A DNA stretch of 64,000 nt from the NCBI GenBank assembly GCA_965221775.1, contig CBDCSU010000004.1, positions 864,001-928,000 of the forward strand. The letters are read 5' to 3'. The notes beneath the pieces are model-generated. The model was not told the origin of the DNA. It worked only from the letters and a program-made list of their open reading frames with translations, and did not search any database. This stretch comes from Candidatus Latescibacterota bacterium (GTDB taxonomy: Bacteria > Latescibacterota > UBA2968 > UBA8231). The translations under genes were made by a program, and so were the position numbers. Each line of letters opens with the position of its first letter. The stretch's first letter is position 1. Positions 17,604 through 27,842 of the stretch are shown one piece after another.

Positions 17604-19757
17604 TCAGCCGCGGGACGCCCCGGCGGGGTCCGCGAGACCGACCAGCCGCCCGTCGTAGGTCCCCAGGCAGATGCCGTCGCCGGTGACGCAGACGGGGGCG
17701 CTGACGGGAGAGCCGAAGGACGTGCGGCTCTCGCAGGCGCCGGTGTCGGCGTCGAGGACGTGGAGGCAGCCGTCGTTGGCGCCCACGAGGACCCGGTCCC
17801 CGTGGAGGACCGGGTCGGCGAGGCTCGACCGCACCCGGCGGCGGGCGGTCACCATGTCCAGCAGATCCTCCCCCACCCCGTAGCGCCACAGCAGTTCCCC
17901 CGAGGGCAGGTCCACGCACAGGGCCTCGCCGTCGGGCGTGGTGGCGAAGATCCGGTCCTCCCGGGCCGCCAGGCCCGCCGGGTACCGCGAGGGCAGGACC
18001 GGACGGTGCCAGACGACCTCGCCCGTCCGCGCCCGCAGCACGATCAGGGGCGCGGGGTCCCCGTGGTACCAGTGCACTTCGCGGACCTCGCTGCCGCTGA
18101 CCAGCAGGTCACCGGCCAGGGCGGGGCGGGCCAGCGGGTGCTCGACGTACAGATCCCGTTCCCAGACCACCCCTCCCTCGCGGCGGTCCATGGCGAGAAG
18201 ACCCCGGCGCGGGACGAAGAGGAGGAGGAGGTCCCCCCATACCCGGGGGCCGGCGTAGCACGGGCCGTCGTCGCCGGTGTCGAAGACGACGTACCACCGC
18301 TGCGCGCCCGTCTCCCGGTCGAAGGCGCCGCAGCCGCCCTTGTTGCCGACGAAGACGGCGTCTCCGGCGATGACGGGCGAGGTGTAGACCCAGCGCCCGG
18401 GAAAGCCGGGCAGGTCGGCCTGCCAGCGGACCCGTCCCGAGTCCGTCTCCAGCACGTGGAGCCGGCCGCACACGGAGAGGGCGGCGCAGCAGCCCGCGCC
18501 CGCGGCGACGCTGTTCTTGACCGCCGAATCGGTCGGCGTCAGCCACTGGCGCTCGCCGCTACGGGCGTCGACGCAGACCACTCCGCTGCCGCCGGGATCT
18601 CCCTCGTGGGCCAGGCTCACCAGGACGCGGCCGTCCGCGGCTACCGGCGCCGCCCGGTGCAGCCCCGCCGGCAACTGGTGCGTCCACCGGACCTCCAGGG
18701 GCCGCTCCTCCCGCGAGGCCGAGGAACCGCTGCCGCCCAGGGCCCTGAGCGGGATCCGCGCCTCCCCTTGCCCGAAGTCGACGAGACGGTAGCCCCGGGG
18801 GCGGGTGTCGAGGCCGCCGATGCCGAGGGGGGGCGTCCCGGCGATCGTGATCCCGCCCTGGACGAGGAGCTTGCTCGCGTGCCAGTGCCCGTGCAGGACC
18901 AGCCGCGCGCCGGTACCGTTCAGCAGGTCCAGCAGGGCCGCCGACGGGGGGATATGAGTGAAGACGACCACCTCCCGGCCGGCGGGCTGCGCCGCCAGGT
19001 CGCTCAGCAGCCAGGCCTGCTTCCGGTCGCGGTCGCCGGGGGCGAGGAAGTTCTCCTCGTTCGGATAGAGGACGAAGTGCCGGCCCCCCCGGTCGAAGCT
19101 GTACCAGGCCGGTCCGAGGACCTCCTCGTAGTTGCGGATGAAGCTGACCCCCTCCCGCTGCCGCACGATCCGCCGGATCTCGTCCTGGCGGCGGTTGCGC
19201 TTCAGCTCCGCGAGACTCTCGGCGGACAGATCTCCGAAGCGCTCCCGGTTGCCGTCGTGTCCGCCGAACATGGGCCTCACCGGCACCCCCACATCCGCCA
19301 CCGCCTCGCGGAAGCTCTCCAGCTCGGGCGGCGTCCCCCAGTCGGTCAGGTCGCCGCTGACCACGATCAGGTCGGGGTCCGCCTCGGCGATCAGGTCGCG
19401 CAGGTCCGCCCGCACGATCTCCCCCGTCATGCGGTACCCCTCCGCTCCCACGTGGGTATCGGTGACGTGGGCCAGCCGCAGGCTCCGCCGCTCTCCCCCG
19501 GGCTCCGGCACGAGATCGAAGTCGACGTCCCGCCGTGGCGCGTCCCAGCCGCGGGTGGAGCGGTGGAACTCCGCGGACAGCCGGAAGCCGTCGGGCACGC
19601 TCACCCACACGAACCGGTGCTCCCCCGGCTCGATCTCCAGCTCGTAGCGCCCGCCGGCATCGGTGCGCACCACGTGCTCGCCGTTGGAGAGACACACATT
19701 TTCCAGGCCCCTCCCGGAACCCGCCTCCCGCACCCTGCCCTCGATTTGGATCGTCAT
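17604..19757 (-). CDS. Calcineurin-like metallophosphoesterase fused to a PQQ/BamB-type beta-propeller
   Basis: N-terminal MetallophosN-like region (LSNG..VVRTD..GRY), DTH, GDLTD, GGHD, FTHIP and HGHWH motifs. C-terminal repeats of D..TG...W. Confidence 0.85.
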   Translation of the reverse strand: MTIQIEGRVREAGSGRGLENVCLSNGEHVVRTDAGGRYELEIEPGEHRFVWVSVPDGFRLSAEFHRSTRGWDAPRRDVDFDLVPEPGGERRSLRLAHVTDTHVGAEGYRMTGEIVRADLRDLIAEADPDLIVVSGDLTDWGTPPELESFREAVADVGVPVRPMFGGHDGNRERFGDLSAESLAELKRNRRQDEIRRIVRQREGVSFIRNYEEVLGPAWYSFDRGGRHFVLYPNEENFLAPGDRDRKQAWLLSDLAAQPAGREVVVFTHIPPSAALLDLLNGTGARLVLHGHWHASKLLVQGGITIAGTPPLGIGGLDTRPRGYRLVDFGQGEARIPLRALGGSGSSASREERPLEVRWTHQLPAGLHRAAPVAADGRVLVSLAHEGDPGGSGVVCVDARSGERQWLTPTDSAVKNSVAAGAGCCAALSVCGRLHVLETDSGRVRWQADLPGFPGRWVYTSPVIAGDAVFVGNKGGCGAFDRETGAQRWYVVFDTGDDGPCYAGPRVWGDLLLLFVPRRGLLAMDRREGGVVWERDLYVEHPLARPALAGDLLVSGSEVREVHWYHGDPAPLIVLRARTGEVVWHRPVLPSRYPAGLAAREDRIFATTPDGEALCVDLPSGELLWRYGVGEDLLDMVTARRRVRSSLADPVLHGDRVLVGANDGCLHVLDADTGACESRTSFGSPVSAPVCVTGDGICLGTYDGRLVGLADPAGASRG

Positions 19758-19764
19758 CGGCCTC

Positions 19765-20829
19765 TCACTCCGGGTAGCGGAACTCCTCGTACTCGTCCTT
19801 GCCCAGGGGATGGAGGTGGATCCTCATCATCCGCTCTCTCGCGGAGGCGAACATCACCTGGCAGGAGATCAGGTCGTCCACGTTCCGTCCCGCCGTCTGC
19901 AGGATGCGCCCCGGCGCGTGGACGTCGAAGCAGAAGTCGACCAGCTCCTGCATGCTCTTCATGCGCGCGAAGAGGTTGCGGAAGTGGGCGAAGTACATGA
20001 CCCGCGCCTGGGAGTTGTAGTAGTAGGAGCCGTTCCACCAGTCGGGATTCGCCGCGCGGGAAGGAACCTGGAGGCCGGGGTGCTGCCAGTGGTTGACCTC
20101 CAGGAGCATGCCGTCCTGGGCCTCGGAGACGGCGATGTTCTCCGACTCCAGCTCCAGGCCGAGGATGTTGCCCGCCGCGTCGACGGTGACCAGGATCATC
20201 CCCTTTTGTCCCGAGAGGCGGTACTGCTCGACGAAGTGGCGCACGTCGCCGCAGTCGGCGCAGTGCTGGGCCAGCAGGTGGACGATGAAGTAGAGGTTGA
20301 GGCACTCCGGGTTGGAGACGGGGTTGAACCGGCGGTGCCCGGAGTTGGCCCCCACCAGAAGACCCGAGTCGTTCACCGCCGCCCCCAGGGTGACGTGGCG
20401 CTGGCCGCCGAGTCCCATCATGCCGTGGGGCTTGGCGTCGGGGAAGATGGAGACCACGGTGTTGTCCACCGTGCCCGGCACCGTGTCGTCGTGCCCGTCG
20501 TTGGTCGACAGCATGGCCGGACCGTCCTCCTGCAGGACGATCCCGAGGGTGGAGCAGGCATCCGATCCGGCCCCCGTCCAGTGCACGTGGCTGTAGTACG
20601 CGTGGTCGAAGGGCATGCCCGCGGCCTCGGCGAAGGCCTCGATCTGCTCGACCATCTCCGGGAACTCGCGCCGCATGAAGGCCAGGTTCCCGCGGAAGTA
20701 CGGATCCTCGAAATCGTGGGGCCGGGCGAGCCAGAACTCCACGTAGGCTCGTGCCGCCTCGGGGTCCATCGCGCCCTGGGCGGCTCCCACATCGGCGGGA
20801 GAACCGCGGAACTCGCGCTTTTTCACCAA
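19765..20829 (-). CDS. C45 family autoproteolytic acyltransferase/peptidase (Ntn hydrolase)
   Basis: G....VGAAQG N-terminus, EFPEMVEQIEAFAEAAG, nucleophile context DACSTLG, then TNDG, AVNDSGL and VNHW. Confidence 0.78.
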   Translation of the reverse strand: MVKKREFRGSPADVGAAQGAMDPEAARAYVEFWLARPHDFEDPYFRGNLAFMRREFPEMVEQIEAFAEAAGMPFDHAYYSHVHWTGAGSDACSTLGIVLQEDGPAMLSTNDGHDDTVPGTVDNTVVSIFPDAKPHGMMGLGGQRHVTLGAAVNDSGLLVGANSGHRRFNPVSNPECLNLYFIVHLLAQHCADCGDVRHFVEQYRLSGQKGMILVTVDAAGNILGLELESENIAVSEAQDGMLLEVNHWQHPGLQVPSRAANPDWWNGSYYYNSQARVMYFAHFRNLFARMKSMQELVDFCFDVHAPGRILQTAGRNVDDLISCQVMFASARERMMRIHLHPLGKDEYEEFRYPE

Positions 20830-20853
20830 AGGCTCCTTTCGTGGGTCCGGGTG

Positions 20854-23460
20854 TTACCTCAGCAGCAACAGCCGCCGCGTCGCCGTGCCGGCGCCCGAGC
20901 GCAGCCGCGCCAGGTACACCCCGCTGGCCGCCGGCTCACCGCCCTCGTCGCGGCCGTCCCAGGCCGCCCGGTGCGCGCCGGCGGGCAGCTCGCCGTCCAC
21001 CAGCGTGCGCACCTTCCGGCCGAGGGAGTTGAAGACGGTCACCCGCGCCCACCCCGGCTCGGCCAGCGCGAAGGGGATGACCGTGCCGGCGTTGAAGGGA
21101 TTGGGGTAGCTCGGCCCCAGCCGGAACTCGCCGGGCGCCGCCGCCGCGTGATCCTCCAGGACATTGGTGCCCCCCGACATCTCCAGGATGCCCTCGCCGG
21201 CCAGCTCCAGGGTGAGGACACCCTCTGACACCGTCCTGCCGGTCAGTCCCCCGCTGAAGGTGACCCCCTCCGGCAAGCCGGCCATGGGCAGGGCCACCGT
21301 GTAGCCGGAGTCCGGTCCGCGAAGGAAGCCGCTCACCCTCTCCGGCGCCAGCTGCAGACTCGCGTCCACCGGCTCCGAGGCGGTGAAGACCGTTCCGCCG
21401 CCGGCCTCCAGGCGGGTCCCGTCCTGGAAGCTGAAGCCGGTCAGCTCCCCCCCCTCGCAGCGCACCAGTCCCAGGCGGCCGTCGCCGGCGACCTCGCCGG
21501 CGGGAGCGGGGAAGCGCACGCCCGCGTCGCCGCCGCGGGTCCAGGCTAGGTCGACGAGATCGCCCAGCTCCATGCGCACCACCCGGCCGTGGCCGGTCTC
21601 CACCAGGCTCAGCACGGGCTTGGCAGCCTCCGAGGCCCGAGGGTAAAGCAGGCTCAGGAACTCCACGTCGCGGCCCTCGGCCTCGACCCGCATCACCGTG
21701 TGCGTCGACTCCTGCCGGTAGTCGAAGGAGTGGATCGCCTCGGCCTCGCTGAAGGCCGCGCCCTCCGGCGCCGCCACGAAGGCGAGGAGTTGCGCCCGCG
21801 GACGGGTCCAACGCGCCAGGGCCCCGTCGCGTTGGTAGGTGCCGCCGCTGTCGCCGCCCCCGTGGCCGTGGAGCCGCCACTCGTAGGTGTGGGAGCCGTC
21901 GCCGCGGACCTCGTCGACCACCACGAAGTAGCTGCCGTCGACGAACATCACGCAGCGCAGGAAGTCGGCGTCGGCGTACCCGGCCTTCACCTCGGCGTAC
22001 TCCACGAGGCCGCTGGTGAAGGTCTGCCGCAGATAGGCGTCGTTGCCGCCGTCGATCGACTCGCCCTCGATGATGCGCAGGGGCGGACCCTCGCCGTCGA
22101 CCAGGATCAGGTTGTGGTTGTGTCCCTGATTCACCTTGAGGTGGTTCTCGTAGTTGATGTAGCCCGCGTCGAGGGCCAGCATCTCGCCGCCGGCGTAGAG
22201 GAGGAAGCTGGTCTCGTCGGGATGCTCGTGGCTGAACCCGTGCAACCGCGCCGACCCGTGCTCGCCGCGCAGCAGCAGGTAGGTGGCCCCGGGACCCCAG
22301 TCGCTGCGGAAGACGGCGTCCCCGGCGGCGGGCATGAACACCGTGGGGCCGTGGTCCGGCGCCCGCGCCTCCACGGAGTCGTCGTAGATGGCGATGGCGT
22401 CCATCTCGTTGAACCCGCGCGTGAACGGTCCGTTCTCGTTCTGCTCCCAGTCCCAGCGGTGGAGGCCGCCGTCCGCGTACACGGCGGAGAGGTAGTGGCC
22501 GTAGGCGTCGTCGAGGTGGGCGTCGTCGATGTTGGGGCGGCGGCCGCTGGGCAGGCGCAGGTTGAGGGACCAGCGGTGCGTCGCCTCGACCTGGGGGTCG
22601 GCGAAGAGGTCGACGCCCGTGAGGTTGCGGAGGGCGTACATCCAGGGCAGATAGACGTCGGCGGCGTAGCGGCTGTAGAAGGGCCCCTCGGCCCAGCTCC
22701 CGTCCTCGTCGTCGATCTGCTGCCACAGGGAGCGGGTCACCAGGTCGTAGGCGTGATCGGCCCACTCCTGGGGCGTGTTCGCCCCGCCGGGGTGGTCGGA
22801 CAGGGCCATCGCCGCCAGTCCGAGGCCGGCGTAGGCGCGCACGTGCCAGTTGTTCCGGATCTGCCGCAGCGGATTGCGCGGGTCCGGGGTATCGTGGAGG
22901 CGGATCTTGAGGGTCACCAGCCCGAGGTTCACCTCCCGGACGATGATGCCGTCGAAGATGCGCTGCGCCTCCTCCGCCAGGATCGCGCGGATCTCCTCGA
23001 GGTCGGCCGGGGTGTTGGCGGCGTACTCGTGGATCATGTCGCAGGCGATGGCGTACTGGGCCGCCACCTCGCCCTCGGCGTGGGCCTCCCCCATGTCGCC
23101 GCCCCGGGGTGGGAAGCGCACGTCGAGGAGCAGGTCCACGGCCTGGCGCGCGTAGCTCTCGTCGCCGGTGATCTGCCAGGCGAAGGCGGCGCTCTTGGCG
23201 TAGCGGACCTTCCGCCGTTCCTCCGGGATGTTGGAGGGCACGGACCCGGCCCGCTCGAGCACCGTCCGCCACCAGGCGGCGTACGGCTCGCGGCCGATGC
23301 GGTCGCGGAGGACGGGAAGCTCTTCGGCCGTGAACAGCAGGCTCGGATGGGTCTCGGCCGGCAGGGTCTGCGAGGCGGCGGGAGGGGCCGCTGCGGCCAT
23401 CAGGAGTGCCAGGGCGGCGGCCAGGACGGCCGCGGACGAGGGAGCCTGGGAAACGCGCAT
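20854..23460 (-). CDS. Secreted heparinase II/III-like polysaccharide lyase with C-terminal FlgD-Ig/T9SS-like domain
   Basis: Signal peptide, HPSLLF, NNWH, DGSWAEGPFYSRY, VFRSDW, HEHPDETSF.LYA.G...LDAG, HNLILVDG and C-terminal SYPNPFN...WDGRDE.G...ASGVY. Confidence 0.85.
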   Translation of the reverse strand: MRVSQAPSSAAVLAAALALLMAAAAPPAASQTLPAETHPSLLFTAEELPVLRDRIGREPYAAWWRTVLERAGSVPSNIPEERRKVRYAKSAAFAWQITGDESYARQAVDLLLDVRFPPRGGDMGEAHAEGEVAAQYAIACDMIHEYAANTPADLEEIRAILAEEAQRIFDGIIVREVNLGLVTLKIRLHDTPDPRNPLRQIRNNWHVRAYAGLGLAAMALSDHPGGANTPQEWADHAYDLVTRSLWQQIDDEDGSWAEGPFYSRYAADVYLPWMYALRNLTGVDLFADPQVEATHRWSLNLRLPSGRRPNIDDAHLDDAYGHYLSAVYADGGLHRWDWEQNENGPFTRGFNEMDAIAIYDDSVEARAPDHGPTVFMPAAGDAVFRSDWGPGATYLLLRGEHGSARLHGFSHEHPDETSFLLYAGGEMLALDAGYINYENHLKVNQGHNHNLILVDGEGPPLRIIEGESIDGGNDAYLRQTFTSGLVEYAEVKAGYADADFLRCVMFVDGSYFVVVDEVRGDGSHTYEWRLHGHGGGDSGGTYQRDGALARWTRPRAQLLAFVAAPEGAAFSEAEAIHSFDYRQESTHTVMRVEAEGRDVEFLSLLYPRASEAAKPVLSLVETGHGRVVRMELGDLVDLAWTRGGDAGVRFPAPAGEVAGDGRLGLVRCEGGELTGFSFQDGTRLEAGGGTVFTASEPVDASLQLAPERVSGFLRGPDSGYTVALPMAGLPEGVTFSGGLTGRTVSEGVLTLELAGEGILEMSGGTNVLEDHAAAAPGEFRLGPSYPNPFNAGTVIPFALAEPGWARVTVFNSLGRKVRTLVDGELPAGAHRAAWDGRDEGGEPAASGVYLARLRSGAGTATRRLLLLR

Positions 23461-23800
23461 GGGTACAGCCGTCTTTCGAATCAGCAAGGGGATCGGGTGT
23501 CGCGGGGGAAGAACGCGCGCGGCTGCAGGAGTGCCGCGGCGTCAACAGGCAGGGGACAGATGAAAGGTATCCCCGTCCTTTTGCCAATTCCAACCTCCCC
23601 CCGGGAGTGGCTGACGGCCCTGGGTCCGGAGGCCCGCCAGGGGCGCCGCCGCACTGCAGCGGGTACGCCTCCCGCCGCGAGTCGTGGTCCTCGATCAAGG
23701 CGGATGGGGTCCCCCGGCCAGAGGACCGGCGCCGAGAGGCCGCCCCCGGGGTTCGAGGGCGGTCTCCCCGGAGCCCGCCGGCACCGCCCGCCGGACCTGC

Positions 23801-23829
23801 TTGACAGTCCGGGAGGCCCCGGGTAGAAT
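23801..23829 (+). promoter_or_regulatory. Sigma70 promoter of mltG-pcrA
   Basis: TTGACA-N17-TAGAAT, near consensus. Confidence 0.82.
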
Positions 23830-23958
23830 CCCGCCGAGCGTCCTCCCCTGGCTCACGCGCGATCCGCTTCACCCACCGACCCGTCCTCGACGGCCGCGGG
23901 ACCGGCTGGCCCCCCGGCCCTCCACCGATCCACCGTTTCGCCGGGACCGCCGATCCTC

Positions 23959-25002
23959 TTGCCCCTTCCCTCCATCCGACGCTGGCTCGCACTGGCCGCG
24001 GTTCTCGCCGCCGCCGGGGCCGGCGCCGGCGCGGCCTTCCTGTGGCACCTGGGCCGGCCCACGGGGGGTCCGCCGGTGGCGGTCTCCATCGACGAGGGCA
24101 TGAGCGCGCGCGCCATCGGCGTCCGCCTGGAGGCGGTGGGGCTCGTGCGCAGCGCCCGATTCTTCGAGGCCGCGGCGCGCTGGCGGGGCCTGGCCAACCG
24201 CCTGGAGGCGGGGCGCTACCGGCTGGACGGCTCGCGCTCTCCAAGCCAGCTCCTCGACGATCTGCTCGAGGCGCCGCTGCAGATGGTGCGCGTCACCATC
24301 CCCGAGGGGCTGACGCGCCGGCAGACGGCGGGGCGGCTGCGGGCGGCGGGGCTGGCCGACTCGGCGCGCTTCATGGCCGCCACCGAGTCGCCGCGGCTGA
24401 TCTCCGACCTCGGCGTCGAGGCGGGGACGCTGGAGGGCTACCTCTTCCCCGAGACCTACTTCCTGCCGCCGGAGGTCACCGAGGAGGAGATCGTGCGCCA
24501 CATGGTGGCCGAGTTCTTCCGCGTCCTCGACGACACCCTGGCGGCGCGGCCGCCGGAGCTGGGCCTCTCCCTGCACGAGGCCGTCACCCTGGCCTCCATC
24601 GTCGAGGGCGAGGCCATGGCCGCCGCGGAACGCCCGGTCATCGCCGCCATCTTCCACCGCCGCCTCAACCTCGACCGCCGCCTCGAGTCGTGCGCCACCG
24701 TGGAGTTCGCCCTCGGCGTGCAGAGACGGGAGCCGCTCACCAACGAGGACCTGGAGGTCGTCTCCCCCTACAACACCTACCGCCACGCCGGGCTGCCGCC
24801 GGGGCCGATCTGCAGCCCCGGCCGCGCCTCCCTGCGGGCGGCCCTGCATCCGCCGGAGACCGACTACTTCTTCTTCGTCGCCCGCGGCGACGGCACCCAC
24901 GAGTTCAGCCGCACCAACCGCGAGCACGAGGCCGCCAAGCGCCGGATCCGCCGGGCGGCCGCCGCCGCCCGGGCCGCCGCCGGGGCGGCGGGGCTCGACT
25001 GA
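23959..25002 (+). CDS. mltG: Endolytic transglycosylase MltG (YceG)
   Basis: N-terminal TM, VTIPEG, LEGYLFPETY, LASIVEGEA, SPYNTYRHAGLPPGPICSPG and YFFFVARGDGTHEFS. Confidence 0.95.
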   Translation: MPLPSIRRWLALAAVLAAAGAGAGAAFLWHLGRPTGGPPVAVSIDEGMSARAIGVRLEAVGLVRSARFFEAAARWRGLANRLEAGRYRLDGSRSPSQLLDDLLEAPLQMVRVTIPEGLTRRQTAGRLRAAGLADSARFMAATESPRLISDLGVEAGTLEGYLFPETYFLPPEVTEEEIVRHMVAEFFRVLDDTLAARPPELGLSLHEAVTLASIVEGEAMAAAERPVIAAIFHRRLNLDRRLESCATVEFALGVQRREPLTNEDLEVVSPYNTYRHAGLPPGPICSPGRASLRAALHPPETDYFFFVARGDGTHEFSRTNREHEAAKRRIRRAAAAARAAAGAAGLD

Positions 25003-27305
25003 TGGAGGCCGGTCACCTCGCCGGGCTGAACCCGGAACAGCGCCGCGCCGTCGAGCAGACCTCGGGCCCCCTGCTGGTGCTGGCCGGCGCCGGCTCGGGC
25101 AAGACCCGGGTCCTCACCCACCGCATCGCCCACCTCGTCGACGAGGCCGGGGTGGCGCCCTGGCACATCCTCGCCGTCACCTTCACCAACAAGGCCGCCG
25201 GCGAGATGCGGGAACGCATCGAGCGCCTGGTGGGCCAGGACTGCGCCGGGAGGCTGTGGATCGGCACCTTCCACTCGATCTGCGCCCGCCTGCTGCGCTA
25301 TGAGGCCGACGCCTTCGGCCTCCACGGCGACTTCACCATCTACGACGCCGAGGACTCCCGCGCCCTCGTGCGCCGCGTCCTCGACAGCCTCGACCTGGCC
25401 GAGCAGGACTTCCCGGCGCGGCAGGTCCACGGCGAGATCAGCCGCGCCAAGAACGCCATGATCGGCGTCGACGAGTTCACCCGCGGGGCCGACGGCAACC
25501 CCCGCCGGCGGCGCGTGGCCGAGGTCTACTCGGCGTACGAAGAGGGGCTGCGGGCCAACAACGCCTTCGACTTCGACGACCTCATCGTCGAGCCGGTGCG
25601 CCAGCTGCAGCGCCACGAGGAGGTCCTGGAGAAATGGCGGGACCGCTGGCAGCACATCCTCGTCGACGAGTACCAGGACACCAACCGCCCCCAGTACCTG
25701 CTCACCCGGCTGCTGGCCGCCGAGCACCGCAACCTGTGCGTCGTCGGCGACGACGACCAGTCGATCTACCAGTTCCGCGGCGCCGACATCCGCAACATCC
25801 TCGACTTCGAGGCCGACTACCCCGAGGCCGTCGTCGTGCGCCTGGAGCAGAACTACCGCTCCACCAGCCGCATCCTGGCCGCGGCCAACGCCGTCATCGG
25901 CCACAACCTCGCGCGCAAGGGCAAGAGCCTGTGGACCCGGGGGGAGGAGGGCGCGGCGATCCGGCTGGCCGAGTGCGGCGACGACCGCGCCGAGGCGCGC
26001 CACCTCGTCGAGGCCGTGGGCGCCCGCTGCCGCGACGAGGGGCTGACCCTGTCCGACGCGGCGATCCTCTACCGCGCCAACGCCCAGTCCCGCGTCCTCG
26101 AGGAGGAGTTGCGCCGCCGGGGCATCCCCTATGTCCTGGTGGGCGGCATCCGGTTCTACGAGCGCCGGGAGATCAAGGACATCCTCGCCTACCTGCGGCT
26201 GCTGGTGAACCCGGCCGACGACATCAGCCTCCTGCGGGTGATCAACACCCCCCGGCGCGGCATCGGCGAGCGGACGGTGGAGCGGCTGGCCGCCCACGCC
26301 GGGAGCTGCCACACCAACCTCATCCAGGCCGCCCTCGACGCCGCCGAGGTCCCCGGTCTCGGGGGCCGGTCGGCCAGGGCGGTGCAGGAGTTCGCCGCGG
26401 TGATGGAGTCCTTGGCCCGGGCCGCCGGCGGCGGCGGCCTCAGCCTCCCGGAGCTGGCCCGGGAGGTCATGGAGCGCACCGGCTACCTGGACGCCCTGGA
26501 GGCGCAGGACACGCCCGACGCCCAGGCCCGCCGGGAGAACCTCGACGAGCTGATCAACGGCATGGCCGAGTTCGCCGCCGAGCACGAGGACGAGGACGCC
26601 GGTCTGAGCCAGTTCCTGGAGCAGGTCGCCCTCATGACCTCCGAGGACGAGGCCGGTCTGGCCGCCGGCGACCAGGGCACCCTGACCCTGATGACCCTCC
26701 ACGGCGCCAAGGGACTGGAGTACCCGGTGATCGCCATCTGCGGCCTCGAGGAGGAACTGTTCCCGACGATGCGCGCCATCGAGGCCGCCCGCACCGACGC
26801 CGGCGCCATCGAGGAGGAGCGGCGGCTGTGCTACGTGGGCATCACCCGGGCCCGCCGCCACCTGCTGCTCACCTGGGCGCGCTGGCGCTACCTCTTCGGC
26901 CAGGCGCGGGAGATGCTGCCCTCCCGGTTCCTTTCCGAGATCCCGGAGGAGCTGCTGGAGAAGGAGGAGGTCGAGGCCCAGCTCGCCTGGGGCTCACCCG
27001 CCGGCGCCGAGCGCCGCAAGCGCCGGCGGTCCGGGGCGCCGCCTCCCCCGGCGCGAGAGAAGCCCGCCGTCGAGGCCCCGCCGAAGGGCGTTCACTACGT
27101 GCCGGACGAAGACTCCCCCGCCGGGGACGACTTCGACGCCGACGGCGACCCCCTGGCCGTGGGCCGCTGGGTCGTCCATCCCGATTGGGGGCGCGGTCAG
27201 ATCCTCGAGCGCGAGGGCAGCGGCGAGAAGACCAAGCTCTCCATCCGCTTTGGCGGCACGACCAAGCGAGTGATGGCCGCCTACGCCGGGCTGCAGCCGG
27301 CCTGA
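25002..27305 (+). CDS. pcrA: ATP-dependent DNA helicase PcrA/UvrD with C-terminal tudor domain
   Basis: LNPEQ, AGAGSGKT, VDEYQDTN, VGDDDQSIY.FRGA, LEQNYRST, TLHGAKGLEY, EERRLCYVGITRAR and HPDWGRG. ATG overlaps the mltG stop. Confidence 0.95.
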   Translation: MEAGHLAGLNPEQRRAVEQTSGPLLVLAGAGSGKTRVLTHRIAHLVDEAGVAPWHILAVTFTNKAAGEMRERIERLVGQDCAGRLWIGTFHSICARLLRYEADAFGLHGDFTIYDAEDSRALVRRVLDSLDLAEQDFPARQVHGEISRAKNAMIGVDEFTRGADGNPRRRRVAEVYSAYEEGLRANNAFDFDDLIVEPVRQLQRHEEVLEKWRDRWQHILVDEYQDTNRPQYLLTRLLAAEHRNLCVVGDDDQSIYQFRGADIRNILDFEADYPEAVVVRLEQNYRSTSRILAAANAVIGHNLARKGKSLWTRGEEGAAIRLAECGDDRAEARHLVEAVGARCRDEGLTLSDAAILYRANAQSRVLEEELRRRGIPYVLVGGIRFYERREIKDILAYLRLLVNPADDISLLRVINTPRRGIGERTVERLAAHAGSCHTNLIQAALDAAEVPGLGGRSARAVQEFAAVMESLARAAGGGGLSLPELAREVMERTGYLDALEAQDTPDAQARRENLDELINGMAEFAAEHEDEDAGLSQFLEQVALMTSEDEAGLAAGDQGTLTLMTLHGAKGLEYPVIAICGLEEELFPTMRAIEAARTDAGAIEEERRLCYVGITRARRHLLLTWARWRYLFGQAREMLPSRFLSEIPEELLEKEEVEAQLAWGSPAGAERRKRRRSGAPPPPAREKPAVEAPPKGVHYVPDEDSPAGDDFDADGDPLAVGRWVVHPDWGRGQILEREGSGEKTKLSIRFGGTTKRVMAAYAGLQPA

Positions 27306-27464
27306 ACCAGACCCTTGAATGCCCATGCCAGGCTCGACTGTCCTGGACTTCTTCGAGGGTTTGCTGTAAATCCCCCCCCCCAGGGTCTGTCCGACCTGAG
27401 CATCCGGCAGCGAGCTTCCCGGCGAATGAGGCCCTTGAGAGCCTGAACTGAAAGGAGAGCGCAA

Positions 27465-27725
27465 GTGACAGGAGAGACTATAATCGGCGCCATGGCGGCG
27501 ATCATTGTCGCCACCATTGGACTGAAGACTCTCTTTCGAAGTGAGGGGAAGTCCATCGGGGAAGACTTGAAGAAGGAATTGGGAGCCATGGAGAAGCGAA
27601 TCAAGGACAATGCTGACGCGGCCCATGCTCAGATTGGAGAGCGGATTGCCGGCCTGGACAATCGGGTCAATTCGCTGCATGAAGATGTGCGCGCGATCCG
27701 CAGCGCAATCCTGAACAAGAAGTGA
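27465..27725 (+). CDS. Small membrane-anchored coiled-coil protein
   Basis: AAAGGAG RBS and GTG start. N-terminal hydrophobic helix followed by a heptad-like helix. Markedly lower GC. Confidence 0.7.
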   Translation: MTGETIIGAMAAIIVATIGLKTLFRSEGKSIGEDLKKELGAMEKRIKDNADAAHAQIGERIAGLDNRVNSLHEDVRAIRSAILNKK

Positions 27726-27842
27726 TCCGGCCCATGGGCTGCAGCCGGCCCGGTAGTGGGCCCAGCTGGCGCAGCAACGCCCATCGCCCCCCTCTGCCGC
27801 AGGCAGCTCCCTTGACGCCGCCGGCCTGAGTCCCGCCCCGCT

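Noticed and set aside
23490-23800. Possible ncRNA/riboswitch or tRNA in the long intergenic region
   Set aside because: Only generic GC-rich hairpins are visible, with no cloverleaf or aptamer consensus I can recognise. An Rfam/Infernal scan would be needed.
24042-25001. N-terminal extensions on PcrA (and likewise on MiaB, DUF2723, the epimerase, the nuclease and YbbA ORFs)
   Set aside because: The extensions overlap upstream genes in another frame. Real starts sit at stop/start overlaps or RBS-supported codons.
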